Source: Dehalococcoidia bacterium (GTDB lineage Bacteria; Chloroflexota; Dehalococcoidia; UBA2979). From it: 64,000 nucleotides of DNA. This document shows positions 26,847 through 37,275 of the stretch, piece after piece. The translations under genes were made by a program, and so were the position numbers. Positions within the stretch are counted from its first letter, which is position 1. Every line of letters begins with the position of its first letter. The DNA is taken from the NCBI GenBank assembly GCA_965219085.1, contig OZ244720.1, forward strand, positions 2,656,001 to 2,720,000, written 5' to 3'. Under the pieces are notes generated by a model, which worked only from the letters and a program-made list of their open reading frames with translations, was not told where the DNA came from and searched no databases.

Positions 26847-29021
26847 TCAGGCCGGGACTTCCTCGGGGACCGCTTCGACGTCGGCCGGGCGCTCCACCGG
26901 CAGGTCGATGATCATGTCGGTGCCCTCGCCTGCTTCGGACTCGACACGGATGCCACCGCCGTGCCTGCGCACGATGTCCGCTGAGATCGCGAGACCGAGG
27001 CCGGTGCCCTGGTCCGTGGGCTTGGTCGTGAAGAATGGGTTGAAGATCTTCTCGATCACGTCTTCGGGCATTCCCATACCGTTGTCCCGGATCCGGATCT
27101 CGATCTGGTCGCCGTCGCGCCTGGTGACCAGCGTCAGCGTGGGCATGAACTTGCCGGGGCCGATGCTCCCGTCGCCCGTCGACATGCGCCTCTCGTGTGT
27201 CGCGTAGCCGGCGTTGCTGACCATGTTGAGGAAGACGCGGCCGAGGTCCTGCGGGATGGCGTCGATCTCCCCGACATCGGGGTCGAAGTCCTCCTTGATG
27301 TCGAGCTGGAACTCCTGGTTCGTGCCGCGTGCGCTGTGGTAGGCGAGCCGCGCGTGCTCCTCCAACAGTGCGTTAATGTCCGTCGGGCGGAACTCCTGAC
27401 CGCCGCGGCCCATCTGCAGCATGTCGTTCACGATGCGGTCCGCGCGCTGGCCGTGTGAGCTGATGCGCTCGACGTTGCTCACGAGGTCGTTCGTGATGTC
27501 GTCGACGAGTCCGCGCTGCTCCTCGCTGAGCTCGACGCCTTCCTCTTCGAGGACTTCCTTGAGTTCCTCGACCAGGTCGCCCGATGCCTCGGAGAAGTTC
27601 TTCACGAAGTTGAGCGGGTTGCGGATCTCGTGCGCCACGCCGGCGGTCAGCTCGCCGAGCGCGGCCAGCTTCTCGCGCATCACGATCTGGTCCTGTGCCG
27701 TCTGCAACTGGGCCAGCACGGACTCGAGCTCGTCGTTCTTGCCCTGCAACTCGTCGGCGAGCTGCTCGACGAGGTTGAGGCGCTGCACCTCCAGTGCGTG
27801 GCGGCGGAACACCTCCAGCGCGGCGGCCATCTCCGCGACTTCGTCTCGGCCGCCCACGTCGACGGTGGTTTCGAGGTCGCCCTGCGCCATGCCGCGCATC
27901 CAGTCGGAGACCATGCCGATGCGCCGCAGCAGCACCCGTCGCACGAACGCCACGACGATCATCACCGTGCTGGCGACGCTGACGACGCTGATGGCGAGCA
28001 GCAGGATCAGGCCGGTGCGCATCGCCTGTGAGGATCCCGCCGTCGCTTCCTGGACGCTCGCCTGCGCAGCGCTGATGAGGCCGTTGACCTCGGCGTTCAG
28101 TTCGAGCGAGACGTCGCGGTTCTGGCTGAGCAACTCCTCCTGCTGCATGGAGATCGTGAGCTCGGAAGCGAACAGGTCGAAGACGCTGTCGTCTCCCGAC
28201 CCGAGTGCGACCAGCCGCTCGAACACGGAAGCCGATTCGTAGTGGAATGCCGTGCCCTCCAGGGGTGAGAGGTTCCGGTTGATGCGATTGATGGTCGCCT
28301 CGAAGCGCTCGCGCAGCGGCTCGATGAGCGAGGGGTCGGACAGCGTGAAGGCGTTCGCGAGGAGTTCCGTGGCGATGTTCACATCGCCGTGCAGCTCGGA
28401 GAGGCGCCGGTACTGGACGAGCTCGGCCTCCGAGAAGTGCGCCTCGCGTTCAGCGGGAGAGTCGGCGAGGGCGCGGTATCCGGTCAGGATGTAGAAGAGC
28501 TGGTCGTCGATGGCCGGCGCCAGCGCGGTCCCGAGCTCCGAGCGCACGTTGGCGAGTTCCGTCTCCAGCAGTTCCCGCGTTGCTGTCAGGGCAAAGACTC
28601 CGGCGGTCTCGCTCTCCAGTTCCTCGATGTTGGCGATCAGCGTGTCCGCGTGGGCGCGGATGCGAGCCACCCGGGCGGGGTCGCTGTCGGTCTGCTCCAG
28701 CGCTCCCACCTGCTGCTCGAAGGCCGCATAGGCCACGTCAATGTCGAGGCTGATCTGGCCGAACTCTTCGGGTGTGGCGGCGACGGTGAGGTTGGGGGCC
28801 GCAGCCACCAGCACGCCGCTCTGGCGGGCAACGTCGAAGGCAGCGGCCATCTCCGGCACGCTGCCCTCGTTGACGTTGCTCTGGACCTCGCCCACGCGGT
28901 TGAACGAGAACCAGCCGACGAGGCTGGCGGCGAGAGTCAGCAGCACCGCTCCGCCGAAGGCGAGGTAGAGCTGGGTGGAGATCCGGTTGCGGCTGGCGAG
29001 CAGCCGTCTGAGGTGCGACAT
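26847..29021 (-). CDS. membrane sensor histidine kinase (TorS-like extracellular domain, HAMP, HisKA, HATPase)
   Basis: Two TM segments flank a long helical domain; DEVAEMAAALEVFR (HAMP), AHEIRNPLNF, DNGMGM, FFTTK, GTGLGL. Confidence 0.9.
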   Translation of the reverse strand: MSHLRRLLASRNRISTQLYLAFGGAVLLTLAASLVGWFSFNRVGEVQSNVNEGSVPEMAAAFDVARQSGVLVAAAPNLTVAATPEEFGQISLDIDVAYAAFEQQVGALEQTDSDPARVARIRAHADTLIANIEELESETAGVFALTATRELLETELANVRSELGTALAPAIDDQLFYILTGYRALADSPAEREAHFSEAELVQYRRLSELHGDVNIATELLANAFTLSDPSLIEPLRERFEATINRINRNLSPLEGTAFHYESASVFERLVALGSGDDSVFDLFASELTISMQQEELLSQNRDVSLELNAEVNGLISAAQASVQEATAGSSQAMRTGLILLLAISVVSVASTVMIVVAFVRRVLLRRIGMVSDWMRGMAQGDLETTVDVGGRDEVAEMAAALEVFRRHALEVQRLNLVEQLADELQGKNDELESVLAQLQTAQDQIVMREKLAALGELTAGVAHEIRNPLNFVKNFSEASGDLVEELKEVLEEEGVELSEEQRGLVDDITNDLVSNVERISSHGQRADRIVNDMLQMGRGGQEFRPTDINALLEEHARLAYHSARGTNQEFQLDIKEDFDPDVGEIDAIPQDLGRVFLNMVSNAGYATHERRMSTGDGSIGPGKFMPTLTLVTRRDGDQIEIRIRDNGMGMPEDVIEKIFNPFFTTKPTDQGTGLGLAISADIVRRHGGGIRVESEAGEGTDMIIDLPVERPADVEAVPEEVPA

Positions 29022-29025
29022 CGAT

Positions 29026-30291
29026 CTACTCCGGGGCGGCAACGCCGCGCAGTGTCTTCACATGATAGTAGCGGCCGTCGAAACCGATCACGGTCAGGAA
29101 CACCGCGTCCGATCCCTGGTTGTCGTCTGCACCGAATTGGAGCGGGAATCCGTCGATCTCCAGTGGCTCGTCGCTGCGGAACGTCTCGAGGAAGCACGTC
29201 CGGTCGACCTCGGCCCCGCAGCGCTCCAGCCCGATGATGGCGAGCCGGCCGGCGAGGTAGCCCTCGAGCGAGACGAACCCGGGTTCAGCCTCCGGGTCGT
29301 GGGCCTCGAGGGCGCGCTGGTAGGCCGCCACTACCGCCTGCGAGTCATCCCACGGGAAGGGGACCACCTGGGTCACGAAGACGCCCACGCCCCGGTAGCC
29401 GAGCGCCCTGGCGAGGGCGTTACTCCCGACGAAGGAGACGTTCATGAAGACGGGCTCCCAACCCGTGCGCCGGGCCCACATGATCATCTCGGCGACCGGC
29501 TCATACGCGCCGATCTGAATCACGGCTTCGGGCTCACCCTCGCGGAGGTCGAGCAGCGCGGTCTTCACGGCCGTGGTATTGCGCGGATAGATACCGATCG
29601 CAACGGGCTCCATGCTGCGCCGGTCGAGCGCCTGCACGACGCCTCCGTAGCCGGCGCGGCCGTAGGAATCGTCCTGGTACATGATGCCGACGCGCGTCAT
29701 GCCGAGATCCTCGATCAGGCGCTGGACCATCTCCTCGGTCTCCTGGTTGTAGGAGGCGCGCAGGTTGACGATGTTGTCCCACCCGGGGTCGCGCAGGAAC
29801 GCCGCGCCGGTGAACGGCGCGATGTATGGCACGTCGGCGTCCGCGGCGATCGGCGTCGCGGAGCGTGAGGTGGGTGTGCCGACGGCGCCGATGAGCGCGA
29901 AGACCTCGTGGTTCTCGATCAGGTCTCGGGTGTTGGCGATGGCCGCCTCGGGCTCGTAGGCGTCGTCGAGGGAGACAAGTTCCAGTCGCCGGCCGTTGAC
30001 GCCGCCCGCGTCGTTGGCCTCCTGGAACGCCGCGAGGATCCCGAGCCGCATGTTCTGGCCGAGCTGGGCTGCGGGTCCGTCGAACGCCGCGGACTGCCCG
30101 AACAGGATCCGGTCGGCGGAGACGCCGGGAATCCCGGCTTCCGGCGTTGCGGTCGGTGAAGGAGTGGCGGTCGCGGCGTCGTCGTCGGGATCGTTGTCGC
30201 TGCCGAGGCAGGCGGCGAGGAGCAGCGTGGTGGCGGCGAGGGCTAGCCATACCACCGGCCGGAGGACCCGGGCAGGCGGCTTCCGGGTCAT
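29026..30291 (-). CDS. LivK-type substrate-binding lipoprotein
   Basis: Lipobox LLAAC; FGQSAAFDGPAA, GGVNGRRLEL, DDAYEP, VGTPT. Confidence 0.88.
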   Translation of the reverse strand: MTRKPPARVLRPVVWLALAATTLLLAACLGSDNDPDDDAATATPSPTATPEAGIPGVSADRILFGQSAAFDGPAAQLGQNMRLGILAAFQEANDAGGVNGRRLELVSLDDAYEPEAAIANTRDLIENHEVFALIGAVGTPTSRSATPIAADADVPYIAPFTGAAFLRDPGWDNIVNLRASYNQETEEMVQRLIEDLGMTRVGIMYQDDSYGRAGYGGVVQALDRRSMEPVAIGIYPRNTTAVKTALLDLREGEPEAVIQIGAYEPVAEMIMWARRTGWEPVFMNVSFVGSNALARALGYRGVGVFVTQVVPFPWDDSQAVVAAYQRALEAHDPEAEPGFVSLEGYLAGRLAIIGLERCGAEVDRTCFLETFRSDEPLEIDGFPLQFGADDNQGSDAVFLTVIGFDGRYYHVKTLRGVAAPE

Positions 30292-30707
30292 CTGACCTTG
30301 CGCGTCACCAGCTTCAGGTGATTCTTGCCCAGCTCGCGCTTGTAGAGCACCTCATCCATGAGCGTGCGCATGAAGTGCACGCCAAGTCCGCCCACGCGGC
30401 GCTCGCCGACTGCGGAGGTGAGATCGGGTGGCGGGGCGTCGTGGAGCGGGTCGAACGGGCGGCCGCCGTCGACGATCTCGATCGTGACCTGGTCGGCGTC
30501 GGTGGTGAGCGCGATATCGATCTCGTGGGTGTCGTCGTCATGGCCGTGGTCCATAACGTTGAGGTTCCACTCCTCGAGCACGAGCTCGACGCGGTAGAGG
30601 AGGTCCGCCGGCCAGCTGTCGCTTTCGGCGAGGCTCTCGACGGCAGCGTTGATGCGGTCGAGTTCGTCGTGGGCGGTCCGGATCGTGAGGGACATAGTGG
30701 TGCCCAC
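30288..30707 (-). CDS. RsbW-like anti-sigma factor kinase
   Basis: LEEWNLNVMDHG, DGGRPFDP, GGLGVH. Confidence 0.88.
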   Translation of the reverse strand: MGTTMSLTIRTAHDELDRINAAVESLAESDSWPADLLYRVELVLEEWNLNVMDHGHDDDTHEIDIALTTDADQVTIEIVDGGRPFDPLHDAPPPDLTSAVGERRVGGLGVHFMRTLMDEVLYKRELGKNHLKLVTRKVR

Positions 30708-30710
30708 GGG

Positions 30711-31859
30711 TCAGTTCCTTCGCAGGGTCAGGCAGGTGATGTCGTCGCTCTGGGGGGCATCGCCCGCGAACGCGGACACGGCCTGCATGACCTGCAGGCC
30801 GGTGGCCTCCGGGTCGCCCGGAGGCGTGGCCTCGAAGTACGACCGCAGGCCCTCGAGGCCGAACAACTCGCCGTCGTGGTTCATGGCCTCGGTGACGCCG
30901 TCGGTGTACAGCACGATGGTCTCACCCGGCTCGAGGTGATGCGTCGTCTGTCGGTACTCGAAGCCGGGCAGCACGCCGAGGGCGATCCCGCCGGTGAGCG
31001 GGAGCAGGGTGGAGGAGCCGTCCGGGCGGACCAGGAGTGGGGCGTCGTGACCGCCGCTGGCATAGGTGAAGATTCCCGTCTCCGGGTCGTACACGGCGTA
31101 GAGCATGGTCACGAACATGCTGTCGGTCTCGTCCTCCTGGAGCAGCGTGTTGACCTCGGAGAGCACGCTGCCCGGGTCCTGGTGGCTGATGGCGGAGCCC
31201 TTGAGCAGCGTGCGGCTGGACATCATGAAGAGCGCCGCGGGCACGCCCTTCCCCGAGACATCGGCGATGGCCAACCCGACGCGGTCGTCTTGCAGGCGGA
31301 CGACGTCGAAGAAGTCGCCGCCGACATCGAGCGCCGGATGCATGGCGCCGAACGTCTCGTAGGTGGTGCTGCTCGGGAAGGTCGTGGGCAGGATCGATTG
31401 CTGCATCTTGCTGGCGACATCGAGCTCGTTCTGGAGCGCCACCAGCCTGTCGCGACTATCGAGTGCGGCACGCCACTCCTCGATGTGCTGGAGGGTGCGG
31501 TCCACGGTGACCCGCAGGTCTTCGAAGTCCACGGGCTTGGTGACAAAGTCGAACGCGCCGCGGTTCATCGCGGTGCGGATGTTCTGCATGTCGCCGTAGG
31601 CGGAGATGATCACTGCGCGGAGGTTTGGGTTGACCTTGGGGATCTGCTCCAGGAGGGTCAGGCCGTCCATCTGGGGCATGTTGATGTCGGAGAGGACCAT
31701 ATCAATGGTGTCGTCCGCCGCGAGCTTCTCGAGCGCTTCGACTCCGTTGCCGGCGAAGACAAATTCGTAGCGGCCCGCCCGGATCTGACGCCGCATGCGC
31801 TGCAACATCAGGGGCTCGAGATCGGGCTCGTCGTCTACGACCAGGATCCTGTACGGCAT
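30711..31859 (-). CDS. response regulator with SpoIIE/PP2C phosphatase output
   Basis: ILVVDDE, SDINMP; VGGDFFD, ADVSGKG, YTDGVTEA, SDDIT. Confidence 0.93.
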   Translation of the reverse strand: MPYRILVVDDEPDLEPLMLQRMRRQIRAGRYEFVFAGNGVEALEKLAADDTIDMVLSDINMPQMDGLTLLEQIPKVNPNLRAVIISAYGDMQNIRTAMNRGAFDFVTKPVDFEDLRVTVDRTLQHIEEWRAALDSRDRLVALQNELDVASKMQQSILPTTFPSSTTYETFGAMHPALDVGGDFFDVVRLQDDRVGLAIADVSGKGVPAALFMMSSRTLLKGSAISHQDPGSVLSEVNTLLQEDETDSMFVTMLYAVYDPETGIFTYASGGHDAPLLVRPDGSSTLLPLTGGIALGVLPGFEYRQTTHHLEPGETIVLYTDGVTEAMNHDGELFGLEGLRSYFEATPPGDPEATGLQVMQAVSAFAGDAPQSDDITCLTLRRN

Positions 31860-31902
31860 CTACCTCGCCCCGGCCCGGAGGTTCCGCTCGGCGATGGGGC
31901 GG

Positions 31903-32241
31903 CTAGCCCTTGACGGACGCGACGGCCTCCGCGCGGGAAGCGTGAATCGGGATGATGCTGTCGAACCCGCTGATCCCGAATACCTCGCGGATGGGCTCAT
32001 CCAGGGAGCAGAGCGCCAGCTCAGCGCCGTTGCCCTGCAAGGTCTTGGCGGTAACGAGCAGGACGCGCAGGCCGGCACTGCTGATGTAGGAGACTTGTTC
32101 GAAGTCCAGGATGAGCGCGCGCTCGGCCTCCTGGATCACCGTGTCCAGGGCCTCCTGGAATTCGCGCGCATTGGAACCGTCCAGCCGCCCCGTTGGCGTC
32201 GCTACGACGGTTCCACCATCCTTCTCGGTGCTGATTTCCAT
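31903..32241 (-). CDS. STAS anti-anti-sigma factor (RsbV/SpoIIAA-like)
   Basis: GRLDG, LILDFEQVSYISSAGLRVL, VFGISGF; start MEISTEK follows CAGGAG. Confidence 0.92.
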   Translation of the reverse strand: MEISTEKDGGTVVATPTGRLDGSNAREFQEALDTVIQEAERALILDFEQVSYISSAGLRVLLVTAKTLQGNGAELALCSLDEPIREVFGISGFDSIIPIHASRAEAVASVKG

Positions 32242-32439
32242 TTGGTCCGTCTCCTGAACCTTGCTCGGCACTCGAAGCATCGTACTACAGGGACGTCCGA
32301 GCACGTGTCCGCCGCCTCCGACCTGGGAGTCGCCGTACAACCGGGTTGAGAGGCGCGGACGCGACCGGGGACGCTCGTGCCCATCATAGCCCTGCCGAGC
32401 CGTGCGTGCCCCTCGCGCAGCCCACATCCGCGCCAGGCC

Positions 32440-33932
32440 GGCGGCGGTGTTCGGCGGGACGAAGTCCCAGATCTCCGGCCCGACGGGCCCCATGGCCGTG
32501 GCCATGGCGGTGATTGTCACGACGCACGCCGAGACCCTCGCCGAGGCATTCACCATCGTGATCATGGCCGGGCTGGTCCAGATCGCGCTCGGCGTCATGC
32601 GTATTGGACGGTTCGTCGCCTATACGCCGTACTCGGTGATAGCGGGCTTCATGTCGGGCATCGGGGTGATCATCATCTTGCTGCAGACCATCCCGTTCAT
32701 GGGTGCTCCGGTCCGGACGGGAGGCCCGCTGGAGGCGGTCCGCGCCTGGCCGGAGACCATCGGCGATCTGAACTTCAACGCATTGACCATCGCGCTGGTC
32801 ACGCTGGCGGTTGGCATCTTGTGGCCGGCTCAGCTCCGGAAGTACCTGCCACCTGCGCTCGCGGCGCTCATTGCCGGAACGGCGCTCAGCGTGCTCTGGT
32901 TGAGCGACACGCCGGTCATCGGCGAGGTCCCGACGGGCCTTCCGAGCCTGCACCTGCCGGAGTTGGCGCCAGGACTGCTGGCGCGAGCCGTGGAACCGGC
33001 GCTGATCCTCGCCCTGCTCGGCTCCATTGACGGCCTGCTCACCTCGCTGGTGGCGGATGCAATGACCCGCACGCGCCACAACCCGAACCGCGAGCTGGTG
33101 GGGCAGGGCATCGGCAACACCATCGCCGGACTGATCGGGGCGACGCCGGGTGCGGGCGCGACGATGGGCACCGTGGTGAACATCCGCGCAGGCGGGCAGA
33201 CCCAGATCTCGGGGGGTGCTGCGAGCGGCCATCCTGCTCGCACTCGTGCTGGGCCTGGGGCGGTACGTCGAATCGATCCCGCACGCCGCGCTGGCGGGCA
33301 TCCTGATGAAGGTCGGTTGGGACATCATCGACTGGCGCTTCCTCACCCGGATCCACCGCGTGCAGCGTGAGCATTTGCTGGTGATGTTGATCACGCTGGG
33401 GCTCGCGGTGTTCCTCGACCTGGTCACGGCGGTGGCCCTCGGGTTGATTGCCGCCGGCATGGCCAGCGCCAGGGCGCTGGAGCGCCTGCAGCTGGACAGC
33501 GTCGTCTCGGTGCCGCTGCTGGACCACAGCTTCCTGCGCGACTCGGGAGACCCGGCAGAGGCCGATGCGTTCGCCGCGCGGGTAGGACTGGTGGCGCTGC
33601 GAGGTACGTTCTCCGTCGCGTCGTCGAGCGAGTTGATCACCACGATCAGCGTCGACATCCGCGATCACCAGGTGGTGATCCTCGACTTCACCGATACCGT
33701 CTATGTCGATGACAGCGCCGCGCTGGTGGTCGAGAGCATGATCGAAACGGCGATCGCCGAGGATACGGAGTGCATCGTCATGGGCCTGGCTGGCATGCCC
33801 GCGGTCACCCTCAATGCACTGAACGTGCTCCAACACGTTCCGGCGGATCGCTTCGTGGCGGACCTCGACGAGGCGAGGGAGGCAGCCGAGCGGGTGCTGG
33901 AGGCCCGAGCGCAGCGCGAGGGGGTGGCCTGA
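32440..33932 (+). pseudogene. SulP/SLC26 anion (bicarbonate/sulfate) transporter, 5'-truncated and frameshifted
   Basis: Similarity begins abruptly at AAVFGGTKSQISGPTGPM. A G6 run at 33211-33216 shifts frame (G5 would read QISGVLRAAILL). C-terminal STAS domain (VILDFTDTVYVDDS). Confidence 0.85.
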
Positions 33933-34068
33933 GCCCGTAGGGCACGGTCGGCCCCGGGGGCGATCTGCGACGACGAAGAGCGCGCCAGCTTCATGTGGGT
34001 CGGACGCCACGAAGCCGTAGGGGCGGACCACCGCTTCGCGCTCCTTTGTTGGAGCGCCCCGAACCGGA

Positions 34069-35403
34069 CTACACGCTCGTCGCGTCGACGGCTGCGGCGG
34101 CCGTGAGCCCGCTGCGCACCGCCGACTCCATGGTCGCGGGCCAGCCGGTGTCCGTGTACGCGCCCGCGAGGTAGAAGTTCGCGAGCGATGTGCGTGGGCC
34201 CGGACGCCGGAGTCCCGGGGCCGGCACGAACGTCGCCTCCGGCTCCTTCACGACCGCGTAGTGCACCAGCGCCGCCTCGCGCGAGGCGGGGAGCGCGCGG
34301 TGCAGCTGCGGCAGCAGCCGGGCACGCAGCTCCTCCCGGCCGAGCGCGAAGAGCTCGCCCGGCGCGCTGATCGACACGACGAGGTGCTGGCCGCGCGACT
34401 CGTCCTCGCCGCCCGCGCGGCTGCGGTTGAACACCCACTGCACCTCGGAGCGCACGAAGGCGGCGAACGCGAAGTCCGCGACGGGCCGGTCGAACCAGAG
34501 GTGGACGTTGAGGATCGAGGCCGGCTCGAAGCTCGTGAGCGCCGCGAACGCTCCCTCGCCGCGCAGGTGGTCGGGCAGCAGCGGTAGCAGCCGCCATGGC
34601 GCGAGGGCGCTCACGTACGCGTCGAATGTGCGCTGCTCGCCGCCGCGCAGCGCAAGCGCGACAACCCGCCCGTCCTCGACCTCGATGCGCTCGACGGGTG
34701 CGCGCGTGGTCAGCGTCCCGCCGCGCGCCTCGATGGCGCGCATGGCCGGCTCGACGTGCAGCTTCGACAGTCCCACGGCAGGGACGCCGAGCGCCGCCGC
34801 GCCGGGGCCGCGCTGGAAGCCCTCTTCCAGCACGAACAGCGCCTGGCGCGCGCTCGCCTGCTCGGCGCGGCAGTTGAGGGTGGGGATCACGAGGAAGTCC
34901 CAGAACGCGCGGATCGTGTCGGGTGACTGGCCGCGTTCGCGGAGCCACTCCTCGAACGTCAGGTCGTCGAGGCGGGCGCGCTCGGCGCGGCCGAGCAAGC
35001 GGAGCGCGAGGAACGCGCGCGCGACCTGCGCCTTCTGACGCCACGTGAGGTGGCCGTAGCGCAGCAACGCGGGCGCCAGATGCAGGCCGAGGGGCAGGTT
35101 CGCGGCGCGCAGGTCGGAGCGCCTGCCATCCTCGTCGAACACCGGCACGTGCAGCCGCCGCTGGCGGTGCGTGAGCGCGAGCGTGCCGATACGTTCGAGG
35201 AACGCTGTGTAGGCCGTCGTGCATTGCATGAAGACGTGCTGGCCGTTGTCGACCTCGTCGCCCGTCTCTTCGTCGCGGAAGGAGTAGGTGGCGCCGCCGG
35301 CCCAGGGGCGACGTTCGAGCAGTTCAACCTCGTGGCCGCGGTCGGCGAGTTCCAGCCCCGCCGAGAGCCCGGCGAGGCCCGCACCGATGATCCCGACGCG
35401 CAC
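34069..35403 (-). CDS. hpnE: hydroxysqualene dehydroxylase
   Basis: GAGLAGLSA, GGATYSF, VDNGQH, TGWPATMESAVRSG; follows hpnC-hpnD. Confidence 0.9.
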   Translation of the reverse strand: MRVGIIGAGLAGLSAGLELADRGHEVELLERRPWAGGATYSFRDEETGDEVDNGQHVFMQCTTAYTAFLERIGTLALTHRQRRLHVPVFDEDGRRSDLRAANLPLGLHLAPALLRYGHLTWRQKAQVARAFLALRLLGRAERARLDDLTFEEWLRERGQSPDTIRAFWDFLVIPTLNCRAEQASARQALFVLEEGFQRGPGAAALGVPAVGLSKLHVEPAMRAIEARGGTLTTRAPVERIEVEDGRVVALALRGGEQRTFDAYVSALAPWRLLPLLPDHLRGEGAFAALTSFEPASILNVHLWFDRPVADFAFAAFVRSEVQWVFNRSRAGGEDESRGQHLVVSISAPGELFALGREELRARLLPQLHRALPASREAALVHYAVVKEPEATFVPAPGLRRPGPRTSLANFYLAGAYTDTGWPATMESAVRSGLTAAAAVDATSV

Positions 35404-35416
35404 GATCGTGCCGGCG

Positions 35417-36337
35417 TCAGCCGGAGCGCGCCGGCCCGAGGAGGGCGGCGCCGGCCCAGAGCCGCGCGATCGCGGCCACCTTCTCGGGCCCGCTGAGGCG
35501 CACGCGCTCCGAGAGCACGTCGTAGTTGCGCGCCTCGATGCGCTTGAGCAGCTCGAAGTACACGCCCTGCAGCACGTTCACGCACATCCGCGAGCGCACG
35601 TCGAGCAGTGGCAGCAGGTTGCGGCCGAGGGCGAAGTAGTGGCGGGCGCGCGCGCCTTGCGCCGCCATCATCGCGGCGAAGCGCTCGTCGTAGCGGCACG
35701 TGAGGATGTCGTCCGCGGTGAGGCCGTGCGCGGCGAGCTCGTCGGCCGGGAAGTAGACGCGGCCACGGGTGGCGTCCTCGCGCACGTCACGCATGATGTT
35801 CACGATCTGCAGTCCCAGCCCCATGCTCGTCGCGAACTCACTGGCGCGCGGATGCGGCTTCGCCCCGAAGATCGCGACGCAGATGTGCCCCACGATCGAG
35901 GCCACGCGGTAGCAGTACTGCAACAGGTCCGGCCAGGTCGCGTAGCGGTCGATGGTGAAGTCCATCTCGACGCCACTGATCAGCTGCTCGAAGTACTCGT
36001 GCGGGATCCCGAAGCGGTCCACGGCCTCGCCGAGGGCGGTGAAGAGCGGGCCCTGGCGCTCGCCCGCGTAGCACTCCTCGACGCGCTGGCGGGCGAGTGC
36101 GATCTCGCGCTCCTGGCGCCCGCGGTCGGTGAGCTCGTCGGCGATGTCGTCGACGTAGCCGCTGAACGCGTAGGCGGCGTAGATGGCGTTGCGCTTGCGG
36201 GTCGGGAGGATCGTGAAGGCGTAGTAGAAGTTGGAGGCGCGATCCTTGGTGTAGGCGCGGCACCAGGCCGAGGCCTCCTCGGGCGTGTAGGGCTCGCTCC
36301 CGTGGGCTTCGAGTTCGGCCAGCACGTCGAACGCCAC
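35417..36337 (-). CDS. hpnD: presqualene diphosphate synthase
   Basis: SNFYYAF, VDDIADE, YCYRVAS, NIMRDVREDA.RGRVY. Confidence 0.85.
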   Translation of the reverse strand: MAFDVLAELEAHGSEPYTPEEASAWCRAYTKDRASNFYYAFTILPTRKRNAIYAAYAFSGYVDDIADELTDRGRQEREIALARQRVEECYAGERQGPLFTALGEAVDRFGIPHEYFEQLISGVEMDFTIDRYATWPDLLQYCYRVASIVGHICVAIFGAKPHPRASEFATSMGLGLQIVNIMRDVREDATRGRVYFPADELAAHGLTADDILTCRYDERFAAMMAAQGARARHYFALGRNLLPLLDVRSRMCVNVLQGVYFELLKRIEARNYDVLSERVRLSGPEKVAAIARLWAGAALLGPARSG

Positions 36338-36353
36338 GCTCGCCCCCTCCCGA

Positions 36354-37250
36354 TCAGCGCCCGAGCAGCACGCGCGCGCCCTGGACGAGCATCAGCCACG
36401 CCTTCGCCGCGCGCGTCACGCGCGGCCGCGCCGTGAGCGTGTCATAGCCCGCGGCCTCGATCGCGTCGAGGATCGCCTCGCCGCCGAGGCGGAACAGGCG
36501 GATTTCGGTGCGCACTGAGCGTGAGACGAGGTCTTCGAGGGGCTCGCCGGCGGAAAAATGTGACCGCGCGCGTTCGACCTGGAAGCGCATCAACTCGCGG
36601 AAGCGATTGTCGAAGCGGGCCTCGATGATCTGCGCGTCGTCGCAGCCGAAGCTGCGCAGGTCCTCCTGCGGCAGGTAGACGCGACCCTTGCGGATGTCGA
36701 CGGAGATGTCCTGCCAGAAGTTCGCGACCTGCAGGCCGATGCAGATCTGGTCCGACAGCGCGATGCGTTCCGCATCGTGGTAGCCGAGCACGGCGAGCAC
36801 CATCTGCCCCACGGGTGTCGCCGAGTACGAGCAGTACTCGAGCACGTCGTCGTAGGTCTCGAACCGCGAGACGCGCTGGTCGATGCGGTTCGCCTCGATC
36901 AGCCGCAGGAACGGGTCGAGCGGCATCGAGCACTCCTCGATGGTGCGTGCGAGGGCGACGAAGAGCGGGCGCTGCGGCCTGCCGGCGACGGCCTCTCGAA
37001 GCTCGTGCTCCCACCCGTCGAGCATGGCGAGGCGGTCGCCCTCGGCCTCATCGCCGAGGTCGTCGGTGAAGCGGCAGAAGGCGTAGAGGGCGAAGAAGTG
37101 CGGCCGGAGCTTGCGCGGCAGCAGGAACGTGACGACGGAGAAGTTCTCGCTGTGCCGGCGGGCGTAGCGCTCGCACTCCCGGTACGCCTCGCGGAGCGAC
37201 ACAGGCTGTGGGGCGGGGCTGTGCAGTGTGGCGCCTGGGCTCGTCGTCAT
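36354..37250 (-). CDS. hpnC: hydroxysqualene synthase
   Basis: HSENFSV, TDDLGDE, SDQICIGLQVANFWQD. Confidence 0.9.
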   Translation of the reverse strand: MTTSPGATLHSPAPQPVSLREAYRECERYARRHSENFSVVTFLLPRKLRPHFFALYAFCRFTDDLGDEAEGDRLAMLDGWEHELREAVAGRPQRPLFVALARTIEECSMPLDPFLRLIEANRIDQRVSRFETYDDVLEYCSYSATPVGQMVLAVLGYHDAERIALSDQICIGLQVANFWQDISVDIRKGRVYLPQEDLRSFGCDDAQIIEARFDNRFRELMRFQVERARSHFSAGEPLEDLVSRSVRTEIRLFRLGGEAILDAIEAAGYDTLTARPRVTRAAKAWLMLVQGARVLLGR

Positions 37251-37275
37251 CGCGGCCGGTCCCGGTGAGCGGCGG

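Noticed and set aside
35417-37250. Carotenoid crtB genes
   Set aside because: Two synthase paralogues with HpnC- and HpnD-type motifs followed by hpnE fit squalene synthesis instead.
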